From Antedon mediterranea (taxonomy: Eukaryota > Animalia > Echinodermata): a stretch of DNA of 64,000 nucleotides. Below, in pieces: positions 1 through 14,662 of this stretch. Below the pieces are notes generated by a model. It was not told the origin of the DNA, searched no databases, and worked only from the letters and a program-made list of their open reading frames with translations. Location: contig NC_092675.1 in NCBI RefSeq assembly GCF_964355755.1, positions 19,316,912-19,380,911 on the forward strand, given 5' to 3'. The number at the start of each line of letters is the position of its first letter. Position 1 is the first letter of the stretch. Made by a program: the position numbers and the translations under genes.

Positions 1-2932
1 ATTTTGAATCCCGTAGGGATCTCTTTACAGTTACAGTAATGTATTGCAGCATACACAACGTTAACTATGCAACGAAATGTTAACATGAATTCAGACTGAG
101 AAATGAAATCAGACAAGGATGTACAAGATGATTTAATAATGATTTTAAACAATTTTCGAGGTATATTCAATATGAGTTGATTGACTTTTTTATCGATTAA
201 ACATCAGTTCATATTATGTAGGTCTATACAAATGCATAATTTCCGATAATTATAATTACACAAACAAAGGTGTTCGTAGTCCGAATGTCGTACATGGATA
301 AACCAACATTCTTCTGTAGCTCATTTTCCATCAAAGACCAATACGTAAAGAAAATGGGAAAAGAAAATTGGACAGTCTGCAAACCACGCCCTCTTGTTGA
401 AACACCCCAACAGATTCTTTCTTTTTGTACTGTTGATGGACATGTTACGTAGAAAGGATGAATGAAAAATTTCTGGAATTCTACAATAAGCCATACAACG
501 AAGATGAGGAGTCGTTTGCGTTGTTTCTATATTTCTTATTGTGATTAAGATAACCTCTTTCAAATTTACACTATTTTTATTATACCATGTATCATCATTG
601 TACTTTCTGCGTCAAATAATATCACTTAAATGTACTTTCTCTAGATGTCTAATATGATAATATCAACGAAAATTAAATTTAACATTTTTTCAAGAAACGT
701 CAATGAAAATGAGTTAAAATATCTTGCATGTTTTGCTTTAGGGCTTGTACTATATAAGACGTTGAAAATGTGTACTACTGACAGTAGTCTAAAAGAGGGA
801 CTCTTAACAAGATATGGCGTTGGGCATTTACTCCCTATACTCAAATTACGAACAACCCAGGCTTCAAGGAACATTAGTAACAAAGAATTGCAACAGCTAA
901 CATGATACTCAACAGTTTTCAATTATTGATTTCCAGTTTGTTTTTCTAATACATTTTCCATACTGTATATACTATTTCGCAGAATTTTAAAATAAATATT
1001 TACATTTGTTGAACTGCGTCCTAGTTTCATTCCTAAGGAGATTAGCGTAGGTAAGGTATCTTGAACTAGATGCTAACATCGTATTAACCACCAGGACATA
1101 CGCATACGCATGGTATTACTTTCTTCCATATTATTACTTGCAACATTAATGTTTAAGTACTGTATGTGAGTCAATCAGTGCCGAATAGTTCAAAATCTCT
1201 GGCTAGGATTCCGATAATCATCAAGATTAAGTAACGCTTACTGGTAGTAGTATGTCAGCCAAATGAGAGACGCTAGCAATATTACGGACGATAGATTTAT
1301 AGCATATCACTGTCACGAATATTTTACTAAACCTTAAGAGCTTTGACCAAATCAAAGCTTTTCCCTGGAAGAATATGACAATCTGATGAGTTATCTAACA
1401 TGTTGTAGATTTGGCTTTGTAAATGGTATTATGTTAACTGGAGTATTTTTTATAAAAGTAATCAATTCAAAGAGAACTAAAGAGCATTGCAAAAATACTA
1501 ATAATAATAATAATATCTTTTTTTAATAGTTATACAGTATATCCAAAAGCAGGTTTGTTGGAAAAAACTTGGTTCTCGACATGGAGTAAAAATTATTAGA
1601 AAAAATAAAGAAACTTGTTTAGCCCACTTCAGATTCTGCACTTGGTCTCTCATTTTCAGGAAACAATATTTTAAACATTGTTTTTTTTAAAGCTAAACAA
1701 CATAAATAATATAATATCATTAGTATTTCCTAATAAAAGAAAAATAATGAATGAATGTACTACCTGTATATGTTAAATAATACCTATCAAAAGATTATTA
1801 ATATGCATCACTATACAAACTAATTTGCATATTTATCATTTTTATTTGATCTAAACATGAAGTAATCATACATATTTGTATTTTCTGGTTGTAATGTTGA
1901 TTTTATTTTCACATTTAATGCATGCAATCGCCTAATTCATGATCATTCAGTTATTTTTAAGCCATTTATCATTTCAACAAGATATAATATCTTAACACCT
2001 TTGAAAATATGTGATTGGTCATAGAAATACAAGGTGAGACAATTAGAATATAAATATCCTTCTTAGGCTACTACCTACCTAAAGAAAATGTAACAAATGC
2101 AGTATAGTCACAACACATTTTGACAAGGATGTATGGTATAAAAGCATACAAATCTTGCAAATTCAATGAATCAGTTATAATAATTTATGTAAGATTATTT
2201 TTCTTTTTAACATCTGAAATTCAGTAATAACATTTATACAGTACCTTTGTGAAAACACAGATAACCCAGTCACATATCAGCATTTGTCAAAAATACTAGT
2301 ATCCTTGAATTTGGTTTCCTTCATATTCATGTGTTGAAACATTCTTTTTGATTCAATAACACAAAAATAAGATCTTCGGAAGGGAACAGCATCAAAAGGC
2401 CTTATAGCAATATTCAAAATAACTTAAGTTGACATGCCAACATATTCCACTAAGGCGGAGGCAACCATGAAACATATGGAAATGGGGTAGTACTAAAGGC
2501 TCCCCGCGGTCTCACTTACAAAATTAATTTCTATACCCTTGGAAGAACTACGGCATTTTTTTGTACAATTTAATTCAACTGATTGGAACAAATGTCCACA
2601 ATGCAATCAAATGAAATAAAATCTTTGCCGAAGAATCGTTGCGATTGAAATTTTTCGCCATCTGTTCTCATTAGATGCGGGAAACCTGACAGTTTTGATG
2701 ATAATCTATTAGTGTTTTGTTTTCTGGGGGCTCAAAATTACTCTACGCATATCACTGACTTATTGTTAGTCCGCAAATTAACAACTAAAGTAGCGGCATT
2801 CACAGAATTTCTAAAGTAGTAAAATTACAGTGTAATGTCCGTGTAACTTATGGCTTTATTTTAAACTTTTTGCTGAAGATTTTGGACAAGCATTTTTGTT
2901 GTACCACTATGGTACTAGACAGTATATATTTG

Positions 2933-3864
2933 CTATTATATAACACCTAAATAAATTCCTGTCATTTGATTGGACGATTGTGGGTCACATGGCGTGCAAT
3001 AGTACGCACTATTCAACGATCGTTAAATAGTACTTTTTGAAACATTTTTGTGTACGAAAAAAAAAACGTCTCGCGGATGAAAAAAAATCTAGTACACAAA
3101 TTATCCTATGATATGGCTCTGTACTGTGAAATACAACAGCGCCACCTGTCGTCTGGTCTCAGTTTCATTTGTAAACACCACCGCGAGATATGCAACAGCA
3201 GCAGATATTTGTGTACGATTTGGACATTATGTACTAATTTCATTCAAAAAGGCATTTAAATTAGCTTTAGATTGTTTTTAGGATTTTGATTAATTAATGG
3301 GGACATCCCTACAAGACGTGGAATTGTTGGAAAAACCATAATTAGCTTAGATAAGTTCCAATTGTCTGTCGAAGTTTTGCCTTTCAGCCAAGCTAGTACT
3401 ACTAGGCTACTAAGTTACTAGGGTAGCCTAGGCCATGCTAGTATTACTATTAGGCTAGGCCTAGCCTAGGCGTTTTAGCCTTGCTAGGCCTAGGATTGTT
3501 TGGTCGTTTGTTGACATAATTAACACAAAAGTAGGTGTGTTTACGAAATCCATATAAATATAACATTTAATATAAAATTATTAAAAACCAAATGTTACTG
3601 TTTTTAATCAATGTGTGTGAATGAAATGTAGTAAGCTTTGGTTAGGGCTACCTTTTATTTGATTCAAATAACTAGAATTTATTTAGATGTTATATAAAAC
3701 AAATAATGAATGTTTTGTATTCGTGTAATGGTACAAATAATGGCACTTGGTGAATGATGAAAGGTTATATCAACTCGGCTCATCGCCTCGTTGATATAAC
3801 CTTTCATCATTCACCTCGTGCCATTATTTGTACCATTACACTCATAAACATTCATTATTTGTAT
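2933..3864. mobile_element. Non-autonomous DNA element with subterminal inverted repeats and a long terminal hairpin (Helentron/HINE-like architecture)
   Basis: TTATATAACACCTAAATAAATTC (2936-2958) is inverted at 3675-3697 (22/23 match). It is immediately followed by an imperfect ~165-bp fold-back (3699-3862) centred on CAACTCGGCTCATCGCCTCGTTG. No coding capacity. Confidence 0.75.
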
Positions 3865-6800
3865 ACTATAACAAAAGTATACAAAAAATTTACAGTATAT
3901 ATTGATAATTAACCCTTAAATATTACAGTATAGAATGAATATGGTGTTTTGTAGGGATTCTCTCACTTGAGGCTGTGCTTTGTGGACTGTACCATTTATG
4001 GAGAGGTGTGTTCAATAAATTTCCATGGAGAATAGGGCGTTTATCAGGCACGAAATACACGTTTCAGTATATAGATATAAAAACTATTGCGAGCACAAGA
4101 AAATGTCTTTATTATAAAAAGCTTCAGTATGGGAGGAAGTAAGAATGTCAAAGTAAATTAATAACCCTACACATTTAGCATATGGAAAATGATTTTAGTG
4201 GCTGGCATGTCAAAAACAATTTAAACTGGTTATAATTTCATAAATTCACTAATGCTATTAATGACAATAGAGTTTTGCTTGGGAAACTGAAGGAATGTTA
4301 TGCTTAAACAGTTTTATTGTCACGGCTAAGCAGCATGTGAAACTTAAATTAATAGAAAACAGAAGCATACAAAAAAATGCAAAATTAATTTCAATTAATA
4401 TCTTTCTGCATACATAAAAGCTTTAATTATTAGGAAATTACAGCAAAAAGAATTAAAAATGAGCAAATTAATAAATATTGCATTTGCTTGGTGTTTATTA
4501 GTTTTTCCTGGGTTGAGATTTAAAAGATAAAAGTAATACTCTTTTTAAACAAGAGTTTTAAAAAAATAAATGTGTTATTTCATGTGGACATGTGCAGGGT
4601 CATCTATTCATAAATTCCCTGTTTATTTCAAGGTTTTGATTAATTTAGAAACAGTTCTAAAATTAAAATATGTTTTGTTTTCATTGTTTAAAGGCATGGA
4701 AAAATCAAATGTTGATAAGGTTTGCGGCATATATATAAAATTTTGAATATATACTTTGATCGTCCTCAGGAGTGAGAATGCAGAAAGTCCAGGAAACTGG
4801 GAATAGTACTTGCACTTATATTGCAACAGTTGTTTAAACTTGCATTATATCTTTTGTTGATTTATTAGAAAAGCTGGGTAACTTTATACATTAATTAAAA
4901 TGGTCCAAATGGGGTAGAATCCCAAAGAAGTTTAAGTTCATAATACCTTGGATAAGTTTTTATCTTATCACCAAATAGGTTAACGACTCCCACTTTGACG
5001 GTGTAATGCCAATTTCAGGGAACACAGCAAAAAGTAAAATGAAAATCTTGAACAAGAAGCTGTTAGCCTAGTAATATTAAAGGTTACACAAGTAATTTGA
5101 AACAGAACTGTTCCCTATTGATGCCAATACTTGTAGTGAATACAATAAAAAACAAAGCAAGGATGACGAAACCAATTACAGTTCTCATCACTTGGCAATT
5201 AAAATGGACGAATTTGAGCTTATTGCATTAATCGCTCTTACACCATCAGCTAAGGGCTTTTTACCACTGAGGAGTATATACAGTTGATGTTTTTTACACC
5301 AATTTTTGACGACTGAATTCTGTGTTTAGTCATTCTTGCCATTCTGTCACAATCAGACATGGGTACCTTCTTCTTCTTCTAGTCCAGTATGGTACAGGGA
5401 TGTTCTAGTGTATCTAAGTCAGTTTATCCAGGTAAGCTAGGCATGAAATAGACTGAAACCTTACAAATTCTTAAAATTAGCTTAACTTGAAATTTGCAGT
5501 AGACTGATGATAGCCAATGTTCTATTTTTGTAGACTTTTATATAAATGTATTTCTTAGTAGGAGGTTGATCAAAGAGCAAGAGAATACTAAAACTTGTGG
5601 ATTTTTGGATTGATTGATTACATTAACAATTCAAGATAAAACCAAAACAACCTGTCATTTTTCCTGGTTTTTAGAAATCTTAACAATTAACTTACAGAAA
5701 GACTTGAATTCCCTCAAAGCTTGCAGGTGTGTTGTGAAAAAAAAACTATTTACGTAAAAGCTATGTCAAGGTAGATGACAGCTATGCTGGGCTTACAAAC
5801 CATGTTGATGTACGAGAGCAAACCAGTGATTAATATAACATTACTTATCTCTTTTTTGTTATCAAAGTCTATTAACATTTGGTTAATTAGAAAATAATTA
5901 TATGGCATCAGCTAATACCAAGTTTACAATTCTCCATTTTATCCCTGTATCAAGGCAAACAATTTTACTTATTTTATTTAAATAAGTTAAAGCAAAATTA
6001 TAACAATCGGGGCGTATCCCTCTGAGGGTGTGGTTGGTGGATTAGGCCATTATTGTAAAGAGGTGGTCAGGGATACTTTTTTTTTTTCTCCCTTGGGAAA
6101 GCCCAAGGCCTATTGTCAGTCTATCCAGGTAAGCTTGGCACGAAATAGACAATGTTTTCGTAATGAATTCGCAATTTGCTTCATTCATTAATCAAACAAA
6201 GCTATGCTTTAAACTTTGCAAACATTAATTACTCTAATGTAACAATAAAAGTTCAATTATTGTTCTTTTATGCAAGTTTTACATACTTTACTAATAAATG
6301 GAATGAATAATACAACATTTATTCATTAGAATTGCATCGCGGATAAAATAAATTGATGGAAAAATTGGGTTAAGACTGCTAATTTTCCTCATGTTAAATA
6401 TGATTAATGTAAAGATATCTTATAAAACTTACACATAATGAAAATTTACAATACTCCTTCCTTCCATTGCCTCCAAGCGAAATATACTAGGCGATTACAA
6501 TTAGATGACACTGGCTACAGTATGACTCAGAAAATAATACAATTGCTTTATAAGAAAGTAATTTTCATTGTTGAGATAGACAAAGGACATCACATGGTAT
6601 AAGTAACATTATGCAAAAAAATAATATCTTTAATTCTTTCCTTAATTTATTAATGTTATTTCTACTCAGGAAGAAACATTTGCTTCCCTCAGGTTTGATA
6701 TTTCAACCGTTAATGTTTCATTTCAATCAATGATTTATAATCTATAATTAAAATCATGTCTTATCAAACAAATACATAAATGTTCAAAATGCTAAATATA

Positions 6801-9800
6801 ATGAATCATTTACATTATGAAGACTCAGCAAATATATCTTTTTATATTCAATTAATGTTTTTTTTTCTCATCATCATATATAATTTATGCACACCCTGGG
6901 CCAGTCAATAAGTTGTTAAAAACTGTGCATATTACATTAAATCAACTTGGCATACATTATGATGCAGCTGATGAGCGATTATTCATTGATATAAAATGGC
7001 CTAGAGCATTTAAAAGAATATACAACTTTTTATAAACAGAGATGTACAAATCAATACGAATTCCTTCGTATTTTTTCATCTAATATTCAATATACTGTAA
7101 TTACAATTGATTTATATTTTGTTAGTGGTCCGGTCAGAAGTACGCAAGAGCAAGGTAGATTATTGCCATTGCCATTAGCGTTGAAAGGTTTATGTTAAAA
7201 CAATGTAAGTTATATATCATTGCTAGCTTTTAGTATAGTTATGGATACGGTTTATGAGCAATTTGAGTAAACAGAAAGTTGTTGGAAATACTTTATACAA
7301 AAAAGTTGAAACATTCTTTTCAATTTAATATTTTGTATCACAGGCGCAAGTCAAAACACAGATTAGTCGGATGCTAATTTGTCTTTCAAACCTGATGAAA
7401 CGTTAACATTTTTAATATGACAATTTTTTTTATCTCGGTAAAGTTGTTTAAAACTGCCAATAGAGCAAACTACTAATAAAGTTTTTTTTTTTAGTAAAAA
7501 TGATTTTATTCAGTTTTATCTGTAGGGAACGGAAATACAAACACTAATTGAAACAGAAGAACAAAAAACATCGACAAGACAAACAGATAAAAAAAAACAC
7601 AGTCTTTGTCAGATTTGTTGAAAAGTGATTTGAAGCCCCACAAATGGGTAATAAAAAGCGTCTTGAAGGGGTTGCTTCCAGCTGTGCCGTCAAGAAAGCT
7701 TACTGTAAACATCACAATTTCTTTACCGCATATCGTAACATCTCGCTAGCACTGTGGATTTAAGCCATTATTAATGTTTTCTTGAGCGCAAATGAAATTT
7801 TGCGCACTTTTGAACAAATATACCAAATCAGAAAGCTATTATTGTGTATAATCAGTCGGTACATGATTCAAGCCTTGCATAATCACCGCTTCTGACATCG
7901 AGCCGTCAGTCCGTCTGTTTAGAGAACACCCGTTTTGTTCCAGTTCACTTAATCTCCAATCTTTGTTTTGCAGTCTAGTGTAAAATGTACCGGATATCAC
8001 TCAATCACTATACAATTTTGCTCATAGCTCCATTGACAGTCCTCCTAAGAAATCCTACCGAGGTGACAAAAATTTGTCATGGTGAAAATTTGATAGAGTG
8101 TTTTGCCAAGTTCTAAAGACAAACGAACAAAACGGGATCTTTAATTAGGCTTATCATTTGAACACGACGAACAACACAAAGTTAAAGCTATGGAGTTAGC
8201 TTGAGAATTCCGCCTAATAAGTAGGTTTGCTTTTCCGCTTCAATACAACATAGTGTATAAATTGACGCAAGATTATTATATCCACAAGAAACTTAAACAA
8301 ATAACCTTCTGAAAAGACCAACAAATACTAATCCACAAGTATTTTTCTAACCATTGTAGTCGTGCTAAAACAACAACAGAATAAGCCAGCCAACAATGCA
8401 CTACACAAATGAACATAAACTTAATTGAAAGCTATACCCTCTATATATGGCCAATTTGAAATCAAACGGTAGCTTATCAAGATATCTATCTTAGATACAA
8501 ATGATATAGATATCTTTATATAAATATTTTCACTACAATTGAAAATTCCTGTTATTTGAAGACGTGTGAATAATTTCTACATTTAACACACTCCTCATTA
8601 TATACTATAAACACCAAACACAGTTTTAATCTATTATAATTTCTCTTCTTCAAAGATTGTGCTTTAATATAGTAGATCGTAATAGTGTTCAACTATTATA
8701 TCTCTGAGTAGATAGACATACCGGTACTATTAATGTTCTCATAATATTTCCTGTACAGTGTCTAGCTCTTGTTTTAATGGTTTGATCATAATGATAGCAC
8801 TTTGATTTGAATCAATGCATAACGATGTTTAGCTACGCTTTCTCTTTTATACTTCATCTACATTGGAAGTAATTAATAATAATCAATTAAAATTGAAATC
8901 GCTAGTGAACTAGAAACTAATTATTTAATCATAAACTAAATCTTGAGGTTAACAGTTATAACAGTGATAATAATAGTGAACAACACAAACAATGGTCTGG
9001 ATTAATCTAATCAAAGCAAACATTTTAACAATAGATGAATAAATTAACAATGTGAGTAATAGAGTACAATGATAAAGGTCTGTTGGTTGTTGGGTACTGG
9101 TCTATTAGTAGCATAACAATTACCATATGATTCAAGTATAATAGCCACTCTCTAATTTCGGATAATTTTGAACACAAGACTTTGGTAGATTTCATTGATT
9201 ACAATCCGAGTGTAGTCCCACACAAAAATTTTCCTACATTTCATAGCCAGACTATAGTATACAGTTTTCTAAACATCTGGGTAGGCTAATATGTGATGAG
9301 TACGAGTAGAGAAATTGACTCAACTAGCAGTTGTTTTTCTGCAAGGCCATGTATAAAAGAAGTTCACAAACAAAAACCCTTCAATACATTATACTGAAAT
9401 ATAAATACTAATAAACAAACTTAACTACTGATTTGGTTTTCATTGGTTAATTTATTTTTTCTTAGTAGCTTTATTAGGCCTACAAGTGGGAATTAAAATT
9501 TGTAAAGTTTGAATGTTTATAAAGAAGTATCAAACTTAATCTGCATATTTGTAATAATTCAGTACAATTTACATTCAATTACCTTGCATTATCCATCTTC
9601 AAAATTCATTCTCGAATAACAAACACAGCATACTTCACTCAGAAATCATAATTCTACACAGAGTATCATTTTACTAAGTTAAATCAAGCTCATTAAAGCA
9701 TGCATTTTCAAATGATTATCGATTCTAAAACTCGTCTTCATAAATTCCATACACACTAGCGAAATTAGGTCAGACGATAGACTTTACATATCTGAACCAT

Positions 9801-10167
9801 GTAATACATACAATGACCATGCTAATACATAGCAAATATCATTTGCTCTATTGATTAGTGGTAATTCTGAAACAGCGCTCGAAATTCAATCATAAAGCAC
9901 TTGAGTATTGACTTTTAGCACAGCTTATGACGTTTAAGCTATTGATTGGAATATACACAAATACTAATTTATGTTTCTACAGTCATTTATATATTGGACA
10001 ATTTCTAGACAGATTACATTTGGTATTGATGATCTGTATAATCAGCTTTGGGACAATTATTGGGAATATTCGTTTAAGAAAGAATAATAATAAATTGCAA
10101 GAAAGAATACAATTTATCTTGTCTGCTATGCCATAAAAAGACAAGTAACTATTTTTATTTTGTTTAA

Positions 10168-10252
10168 AACAAGGCCATATACATGGCTGCAGTTGCGTGC
10201 TCAAGTTAGTGTTTACCGACCAACTGTCATAGTGAGCTGTAGAATCGCGTTG
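10168..10252 (-). mobile_element. Miniature HINE/DINE-1-like element, truncated copy
   Basis: AACAAGGCCATATACATGGCTGCAG...CTCAAGTTAGTGTTTACCGACC...CATAGTGAGCTGTAGA.TCGCGTTG matches the copies at 31729 and 56946. Confidence 0.7.
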
Positions 10253-13200
10253 GTATTGATGATCTGACTAAAAATGTTGTGTAGATTGACAGTATTCTTA
10301 AAAATGGTTTCTCCACTTTGGTAGAGGTTGGAGGGGAAGGCCTGTTGGCAACCTGTTGGGGTGTGATGGAAGATTGTTATTGTCAAGTTTATCCAGGTAT
10401 AGCTACAGGCATGAAATAGACTATTTTTAATCAGTTTCATATTTTGTATAGGTTTAATTTTACCTATCTTAAGTATGACCTAAAGAATTTAGTACATAAA
10501 CATATGACTGATTTACAACTTTAAGGGTCAAAACATAATCAACAAAAGGTTGCTAAAAACCACATTAATATAGAAACTTACACCTTAAGCTGATAAAATA
10601 GGCTATGATTGAGTGGGTAAGGGCAAAGAGCAAGGTTACTTGCACACGTTTTCATGCAATTAAACACTGATATTGTTTCCCCTTGGCAGAAAGGTTCAAA
10701 ACCCCACAAAATGATTTAACATTTAAAGACTGTGAAGTCTTCATATCAATATGTCAGTGATAAAATATATGTTAGATGATAAAGGCTATGAGTTTGCTAT
10801 ATTTTTGTTTCAACTACAGCGAAAACTCGCCAATGCCTTAAAAATATTATCTAGATATAAATATATACAATCAACATTTTATTTTGTATGATTAATCATG
10901 TATACCATTATAACATTTTAATGCATAAAACTTGTTTGTCTATGATAAGTGCCACTTACCTAGATAAACCAACATTGGCCAAGAAGAGTGTTGAATATAT
11001 AAAAATAATTGAATACCCTATCAGACAATGGTACATCCGCCTCTGTTAGAAGAGGTACATGCAAACGGGAGCAATGCCATATATCTCGAAGAACATATTT
11101 AAAGCAATGAAACAAATGCTAATAAAAAAAAACCAACTTATTATTCCAGACGATAATATGTAATCACAACTTTAATTTGGTAGTTATCAAGTTTTCCACT
11201 ATTTTTCTATTTAACATACCGGTACTTATCTCGATTTGCCACACTCTGTAAGGGTGGATGCTATTAAGGTTGCTATTTAATTATTCAAATATATTAAATT
11301 CTATTAAACCAAATTACATTTTCCAAGGACATTATCCAAATTAAACCAACTTTATATTGATCAATTCACTGTACATTTTTACAATATTAAAAATTAATGT
11401 CCCAATCAAATTTCTATACATAAGATAACTGCTGTTATACAGTAGTGTAGTTAGGCTTTGTTGGCAGAAAATGAATTTCAAATTCATACCAATTACAGCA
11501 ACTGTTAGTAGTATAAAGGGAAATGCATAAAGGAATTAGCCATCAGAAATGTGAAAAAAAAAGTCTGAAAATGGGACAGTCCACAAACTGCGTTCTCTTT
11601 TTAAAGAAGAATTGTTTGAACTGATTCAATAATGGAAAGTAAATTATTTTGAGGGTAGTGGGGAGTTGACTGGAATAATGTAACAGAAAAATAAGTAAAT
11701 CGTGGAAAGGGTAATATCGGAATGACAGAAAACATTTCAAGAGAGAGATAAAGTAAATCTTCTTAACAGCAATTACAGGTGGATTAATCTTAGATGTTGT
11801 TTATATTGATAAATGACATCTATCAAGAACATTAACTTCTTTTTATTAGTAGAGTAAGCATACAGCTTCATTAGATCGGATTGTGGCTATGGTTTAGGGA
11901 TTATCCTTCAAGTGTCTATTGTGTTCTACAATCCTTTTGATAAGTTTAAACAAAGATCAGGAACAGCCAGTATGGTGTTATTAACTATCATGCACTGTAG
12001 GCTTTTCATGCAGTGTTTTTAAGGTCGAATTGATTTCATTTGTATAAGTAAAATATGCCTTTTCCAGGCTTACACCAATGTACACAAAATACCAGGACTA
12101 ATGAATGAATAATGTTGTATACTAATATGAATCTTTTTATACTAATAATCATGCTGTCTTATAAACAATTCAAAATCTACTAGAAACAAACACATAAAAC
12201 TTAAAGACCGAATGAAAATAAAATGTTTTGTACAGTTTTATGGATTCTTAAACAACAACTCAGGAAAAAAAACATGTTTGTAAGATGGTTATTGATTTCC
12301 TCGTCAAGCTAACAAATGAGATGATTGGGAGATACAATTATTGAAAGGTGTAACTATAGGGAGATATTTTTCGGGGTTTTCCTGTTGTAAATGTAATACC
12401 TACTGTACTTCAACAAGCATTGAAATAGCCTCAAACCACCAATACAAGTAAGAACTTAACTTAATAACATTAAACATTAATGATGTAATAGTAATTTATT
12501 CAGATATGGTTGGTACTATACAGTATTATCAGACATTCATTTAATATAAAGAAATCAGGAGAGAACTCAATACTGTAGCTCCCCTTAAATTTTCAAGGCG
12601 CTCGATTTTTAAATTATTTTTTTATCTCCCCACCCCCGAGTTGAAAAAAAGGTAAGGCTTGCAGTATTGTACAATCAAAATTAATAATTTCACATCACTT
12701 TTACAATTTCTGAATCATGATCAGTTTAATGCATAACTTTCAGGTTTTTGAGAAGTTGCATACAATTATTTTGAATTATTAATATAATATTAACATATTA
12801 ATAATTCTATCACTCTTAGCCTTATACTATTTATTCCCCTTGATAATTATAATTGTTGCTGATAGACAGATCTGCTAAGAGCAAAGCGCTAAGTCTCAGC
12901 TGGTTGGCAAATCAATGGAAATCAATAATTAAGGTGATAATCAAGATTGGTGTTTCCATGGTTGATAATAATAGCCAAATAATCGCTAGATATCTTTTGT
13001 AGCAAGCAGCAATGGTGATAAAACCAACACCTAAGACATCAAAACAGCTTCTTAATATGCATTTCAAATTGTGTTACTTGTTTACAAAGTGAGAAGCATT
13101 ATAATTTATAATTTATAATTTAAATACGTAATTGAAACTTTAGGATTCATAATTACGGTAACCATACTTTAAAAAATACATTTAAATAATACATTTTAAA

Positions 13201-14662
13201 TATTAACTTCTATGATTCTAATGTAGGCCTACCATTTGTTCAACATAACATACTGTATGGTACCCTCACATACAAAAAAAATATCTAATATTTAATAATT
13301 ATCTAACCTAAATGTCAAATTAGTCTGTACACTGTATCACATTATGTATTTGACATTTTATTTTGGTAAGATACAATTTCGATACTTAGTAAATATTTCA
13401 ATATAGTAGAATTATGATAAACATCTTGTGTTTTATGCAGTCATGACTTTGAAGACATTCTTGTGATTAGTGACCTAAATCATTTACAGGCAATTTATTG
13501 TTACTTAAGGGATTAAGACCGACATCTAAGAATCGCTTTAATTATCTACCTTATTTCTGCAGTATATAAACAAACACATGAAAGCATCATCGGTTCGCAG
13601 AAATCTCAAAAGCCCTACTTTGTACGGCCTTATTTGTCGACCCATGTTCATAGAGTGTAATTGACTCAGATGCGCAAAAACTGACTGATAATTGCATCTG
13701 ACCAAATTGGCCCTGGGTCATACGTTTTGTATGTCATAATTCGATATAGATTTCGTAAGTATATATGCTGCTGGTAAAAATGTGATTTTGTAAGCATGTA
13801 AAATTGGGAATAAGTCAGAAAAATGACAGGTTATTACGGTAGTATATAAAAATGCAACAATTTCAATAAAAAAATTCTGAGACCGCTAATACCTTCAAGA
13901 ATCGCATCGACACAATGTAGTTGATATGGGGTTTAAAAAGGCACATCGCCTAAACTTTCCCATTATAACTAAACTAAACTAATAAACGATATTAATAAAC
14001 AAGCCATGCAATGTACAAAATACCATCAACTATAATAGCAGAATTTTTACTAGGGTAGAAAAAGAGTATAAATTGTTATTAATATCATTCAAACATACGG
14101 TATGTAAATTTCAATGAATTAATTACTTTTTCTGTAGCAATAATACAATACAATAATGATAGATGTATTAGGATAAAATGAATAATATTGATAATAAAAA
14201 TCTAAAAAATGTACAAATTCCAATTGAAATACATGAATAATTTGAATACTGTATTCATATTTTGTATATTATTGAGAATTTGCAATGGTTATTACAGTAT
14301 CAAAATAACTGCACACTTGGCGGCATGGTAACAAATCCACTCAAATTGAATTAAATAGATTGAAGCACATGAGTCCAAATGCATACCACGCTTTATACCA
14401 CCCATCATTACATTTTTTAAAGGAATATGAAACAAGTTATATCGAATGTCGAAATTCATTACAATGAATTTGACAAGCAGGTGATGTATGTTTAAGGCAA
14501 GTAAACTGATGCTATCTGTACACCACACAGCAGGATATAGCAGATATTTACAGCACAGACCATGGATTCATGCAATTAAGACACCACACAGCAGGATTAG
14601 CTGACACTTGCACCACATTGTGGATGTTATTAAGACACTAAAAGAACACACCAATCATTTTA

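Noticed and set aside
340-11620. Similar peptides ADCPIFFSHF (321-563) and VDCPIFRLFFSHF (11543-11740) as paralogous exons
   Set aside because: Only ~45 bp of degenerate nucleotide similarity and no consistent splice sites; more likely old repeat fragments.
13504-13940. TTAA-flanked DNA transposon
   Set aside because: Interior looks TE-like, but the putative termini are not convincing inverted repeats.
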